The notes below the pieces were generated by a model. It did not search any database and had not been told where the DNA came from. It worked only from the letters and a program-made list of their open reading frames with translations. Shown here piece after piece: positions 59,915-64,000 of a stretch of DNA of 64,000 bases. The translations under genes were made by a program, and so were the position numbers. Every line of letters begins with the position of its first letter. The first letter of the stretch is position 1. The stretch is from Anthoceros angustus (taxonomy: Eukaryota; Plantae; Anthocerotophyta): positions 2,232,001 through 2,296,000 of the forward strand of contig VJWM01000044.1 in the NCBI GenBank assembly GCA_010909165.1. The letters are read 5' to 3'.

Positions 59915-61082
59915 ATGGCGATGGCGTCTTCTTCCCTGGCCTCGGCCTCTTCCTGCGCGCTCGTATCTGGGAGACGCGTCTCACTCTCCGGTGCGGCGAG
60001 ATGGAGGAGGCAGCAGCACGTCTTCCTCCAGAATGCGCGGTGCAGCGCCGAATCGCAGGAGGAGCAGGCGTCGACGTCGGCATTCGCTTCTCCACTGGCG
60101 CAGGGAAGGCGGCAGGCGTGTGTTGGAATGGCGGGAGGAGTGCTTGCGGCTGCTCTTGCCGATTTCATGGCGTCCGGCGCGGTTGCTTTGAGTGCGAAGC
60201 CGATCGAAGTTGGGAGCTATCTGCCTCGCGCTACGGATGGCGACTTTTGCGTGTTCCGAGCTTCCACGAAGGACACGCCGGCGCTCAGGGCAGGTGAGAT
60301 GGCGTTCTTGCTGTGTGAGCTTGCGGAAGATGGCCTGGGGAATGCATGAGCTTCAGCTACTGTTGGAGGTCTGGTGATGTTTAGTCCTTTCGGTTCTACG
60401 TTAAAATGAAGTGCTTGTTCTGAGAAAATTCAGTGTCAGTGCCAGACTCTGCGTGATTGCTAGGGCTGGGAAGAGCGCTGATGCATCCATCCTGAACAGG
60501 CAATGTGGATCCCTACGAGTTCTTCGTTCCGCCGAAGTGGAAGCAGGCTAAAGTTGCCAATATCCTGTCCGGCAACTACTGCCAGCCTAAATGCGCAGAG
60601 CCATGGGTGGAGGTGAAGTTTGAGGATGATAGGGAAGGCACGCTGCAGCTCTTTGCAGCTCCCATGGTCCGGCTTACTAACAAGCCTAACGCCAAGATTG
60701 AAGAGATTGGCAGCCCTGACACGGTCATCGCTGCTTTAGGTCCATTCGTGACAGGGAACAGCTTCGATCCCGAGGAACTTATCGAGTCTGGCATCCAACA
60801 ACGAGCAGATCGAACTGTGAGCCAAAGTGTTCTTCACTTTTGATGGGAATCATGTGTTGCATTAGCATCCGTCTCTCTGGTGTAATTCACCTTTCCTCGT
60901 CATGTGTGCAGTTTTACACCTACGAGCTGGATGCACCTTACGCAAGAACTGGCTCACACAATCTTGCCAGTGCAACAGCCAAGGGTAGCGTTGTCTTGCT
61001 CTTGGTGGTGAGTGCTAACGAGAAGCAATGGGCATCTTCTCAAGGACGACTTCGCCAGATCCTGGATTCCTTTTCAGTGTAA
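59915..61082 (+). CDS. PPD6: PsbP domain-containing protein 6, thylakoid lumen; 3 exons
   Basis: Bipartite transit peptide with twin Arg; EVGSYLP, DTPALRAG|NV, ANILSGNYCQPKCAEPWVEVKF, LGPFVTGNS, TGSHNLA.ATAKG. Confidence 0.9.
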
Positions 61083-63049
61083 ACATTTCGGTTTTGCCCC
61101 GCATGACAATAAGACCATGAGGGCCAAATGGTTGCTTTGCGTGTGCTCTCTTTCCTGAATACAAAAAGGAGAAAACACTCCTCTTCTGCAGAAATTCTAC
61201 AAGTGCCAGCCTATCCTATCCTTCGACAAGAAGCTGTGCCTTAAGAATGTCGACGCCAAACCAACCATCAGACACTACCAAAGTCAGAAACATTTCAGTG
61301 CCTGAAACCTCCAACCTCCTGAATGCAACATCCAAGCACCCATCCGGACGGAAGACCAAGTCGGCCAGTACCCTACCCTGTCAAGAGGATAAAACTAGGA
61401 GACTGTCCCAGTTAATAGTGAACAAGAGTCATGGCACGATTACGCCTGCGTCTTTTTCATAAAGCTTGAGGATTGTGGCAACCTAATGGGTCCTCGAGAA
61501 TTGTCAGTGTCCAACAATCTACGCAATCTCTTCTGGGCACTGTATTGTCGATCAAAATGCTTCACCTGCCGAAATAAACGACAGTCAGAAAAATAACATG
61601 AACCTGGCAGCAACCCAAAACCAGGCATCGTAGCAGAACGCTATTCCTTACCCAAGTCGGGCGACACGAATTCATGTACTCCGCTCGAGCAGCCTTGCAC
61701 TCAGCTGGATACATGAGTCCAACATAGCCCACCTCTGTCGGAGTTTTGTTTCTGGTGCTTTCCAGACAAGCGTAAAACGCATCCCTTGCCTGTCATCCAC
61801 CAGGACGCAATTACAACTGCCTACCATTCAAAAACAAAGAGCTCTAATTGCAGACTCTCCACAGTCTGAGAAGATTCGGGATCGCCTGTGCTCAAGGCAT
61901 AGGCGATCCCGGCTTCGTGGCTACTCGAAAGAATCCAACATGCAGAGACATACCTTGTAGCAAGCCTCTCGGCCGGATGCTAACACATCCCGGGCAACCC
62001 CTGCCTGCTCATCTTGCTCCTGTTGCTTCCGCCGCTGCTGCCACGAAAATTGCCCCATGGTATCGCGGCCATGCCAACTGCTTTCACTCGAACCACAGAC
62101 GCGAGGCTTAGGGCTTAAGTCCTGGTTAAAGTAACCGGAGTGAAGTTAAGCGTTTCTCGTCGTCCTTGTCGTCGGAAGGGAAGGGACGAGGATGGCTACT
62201 TGCCAAGCACCCGCTTCTTATCCCGCGACATACGCTTAGAAACGTGCACTGTGACTCCGTGGTACACGTTCTGTTTTTCTGCGACGGCTCGATGGCTAAC
62301 GTCCATGCCAATGCTGCGAACGCATTCGAGCTCATCTCGGAGTGCAAGAGCCAATTTGTGTGTTTGAAATCCGAGATCGGAATGGCTCTCAAGGAAGTAG
62401 GTGCATCTGTTCAAAGCATTGCAATATTTCTTCCTTCAAGAGTTGCGGAGGAATCCGCGCGAGCTCTTAGCCTCATGGCTGCATATGTTGCGCCTGCATA
62501 TGTTGTCGTGCACTTCAACTTTCAGGCTGAGGAGATGATGGCTTCGATGTCAGTTCCCTTGTTGCGTTTGATTGGCTTGAAAGAGGAGGAGATGAAGCGG
62601 CAAGGGAGGCATAGCTCCATATTCTTTGTCCAGGCGGAGGATCAGAGTCATTCGACCGCAGTGAGTATTTGCCTTGTTGCGGATTCAGCGGCTGCACAAG
62701 CCACTTCTACAAATTATCTGGAGGTCTTAATTGTCGTGATTTCAACTGTTTTGGTCAGTTTCGAGGCTCAGACGGATGCGAGCGGTCTTCTGAAGGATGT
62801 CACGATGATCCATTCAAGTCTGTCAAGAAGACAACATTGATCAACGTACCTGCACGGGGCTTGGAGGTAGGAGAGTCTTAGTGCATGCAAAACATTTCAA
62901 CGAATTCCAAGTAGGTAGATGTTGGCTGGTGTCCTGGAGAAATCGACTCAATGTGTGAAAGAAATAGCAGATAGCTGCAGCCATTATCTGCTACATATGT
63001 GGCACTGACTCTCTTGCGTCATGAATCTGCGGAACTTGCTCAACTTTAG

Positions 63050-64000
63050 CTGGAAGAAATGAGAAAGAAGGCTGCGAAGTTCTTGGCCAAGATTGAAGAG
63101 AAGCGTAAGCATCAGTTACGTGAGCTCGCCGATGCGCTTGACAAGCTAGAGGGGTCGGTAAACTCCGCAGAAAAACATCTCCTGTCAAAGGTTCAACTTC
63201 AGGAAGGGCAGATCGGAACTCTTGTTGACAAGTTCTGCCGGAAAGTGAGGGATGTTGATAAGGCGGTGCAAGATGTTAACAGCAGAAAAGCTAGTACTGC
63301 AGCGCCGGACAGACTCCAAATTGCAATGCAGAGCTATCAAACTTTGCTGTCTCTTACAGCAAGACTCTTACCAAGCATATTGGATGTGATTGGAGTAAAC
63401 CGCTCATCTCTAAAAGCAGATGTAGGCGAGATGGTGGAGTCTGTGCGTCATTGCATGCGAATGCCACTTCAGTTCATTTTGCAGCGTCTCAAAGCCCAAG
63501 CGTTGCTCATCCAGGTCCCAGAGCTTGAGGACCTGGTGGGACAGCTGCAGGCTGAAGCACATAGTTCTGTTTCATTCCTTGCATCGACAACTCACCAACA
63601 GCAGGATCAAATCAAGTGGCTGGATTCCTGCTGTAGTCAGAGTCGGGATGAGATTGAAGTTATGACAGAACGGCTAGAAGAGAGTGAGAAGACGAGGAAG
63701 GAGACCTTGCAGGATGTCAACAAGCACAAGGATGAGCTGGAGACGCTCAAAGTCGTGCAGGAAAAGACTGTGCGTGACCTTTCCTGTTGTATTGACGTTT
63801 TGGAAGCTTTGGTTGAAGATCAGGCATCTGAACTGTCAGTCAGTAAACAAAGCATTAGGTCCTTACAGGCTCAGTTACAGGCCGAACGCGCACTGCGAGA
63901 TGTAGTGGAGAAGAAAAGGAGCATACTTGCAGAGGAATCTTCGGTTCGGGAACTGCAGCAAAGCACCCAGCTGGATCTCGAGAAATATCAGTCACTAGCG
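63050..64000 (+). CDS. Unidentified coiled-coil protein, open frame running off window end (upstream exons possibly from ~62200)
   Basis: 317 codons without a stop (LEEMRKKAAKFLAKIEEKRK...ELQQSTQLDLEKYQSLA), E/K/Q/L-rich. It is absent from the ORF track because it has no stop. Confidence 0.6.
   Translation, partial: MEEMRKKAAKFLAKIEEKRKHQLRELADALDKLEGSVNSAEKHLLSKVQLQEGQIGTLVDKFCRKVRDVDKAVQDVNSRKASTAAPDRLQIAMQSYQTLLSLTARLLPSILDVIGVNRSSLKADVGEMVESVRHCMRMPLQFILQRLKAQALLIQVPELEDLVGQLQAEAHSSVSFLASTTHQQQDQIKWLDSCCSQSRDEIEVMTERLEESEKTRKETLQDVNKHKDELETLKVVQEKTVRDLSCCIDVLEALVEDQASELSVSKQSIRSLQAQLQAERALRDVVEKKRSILAEESSVRELQQSTQLDLEKYQSLA

Noticed and set aside
58812-60297. 459-aa and 437-aa plus-strand ORFs
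   Set aside because: Shadows of the GC-rich TBC 5' end and PPD6 exon 1 in other frames.
1-64000. tRNA, rRNA or snoRNA genes
   Set aside because: None recognisable by eye; a covariance-model scan was not possible.

Overview
Eukaryotic nuclear DNA from a gene-dense, seed-free land plant. Short spliceosomal introns plus a relic DYW:KP-type (HAEK) PPR editing gene point to a hornwort; this is inference. Genes: IDE/M16A peptidase (5' part), MTR4, an unusually expanded MRS2/MGT Mg2+ transporter, an RCC1-repeat protein, a Mediator-associated-2/RPA34-like protein, RRP42, a GT29 sialyltransferase-like protein, a PhyH dioxygenase, SGR6, plastid ACCase alpha-CT (CAC3), a TBC RabGAP with a candidate peptide uORF, PPD6, and an unidentified coiled-coil ORF. 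Accessory DNA includes: a degenerate CRE/SLACS-like non-LTR retrotransposon with 5' minisatellites, an A-tail and a candidate TSD; a TA-flanked MITE; a 4-kb modular minisatellite; a patchwork of fragments of neighbouring genes with microhomology and fold-back junctions; and a deleted duplicate of the TBC locus. Four 1.6-2.5 kb tandem duplications have indel-rich copies and may be long-read assembly artefacts. All identities come from motif recognition by eye; no searches were run.
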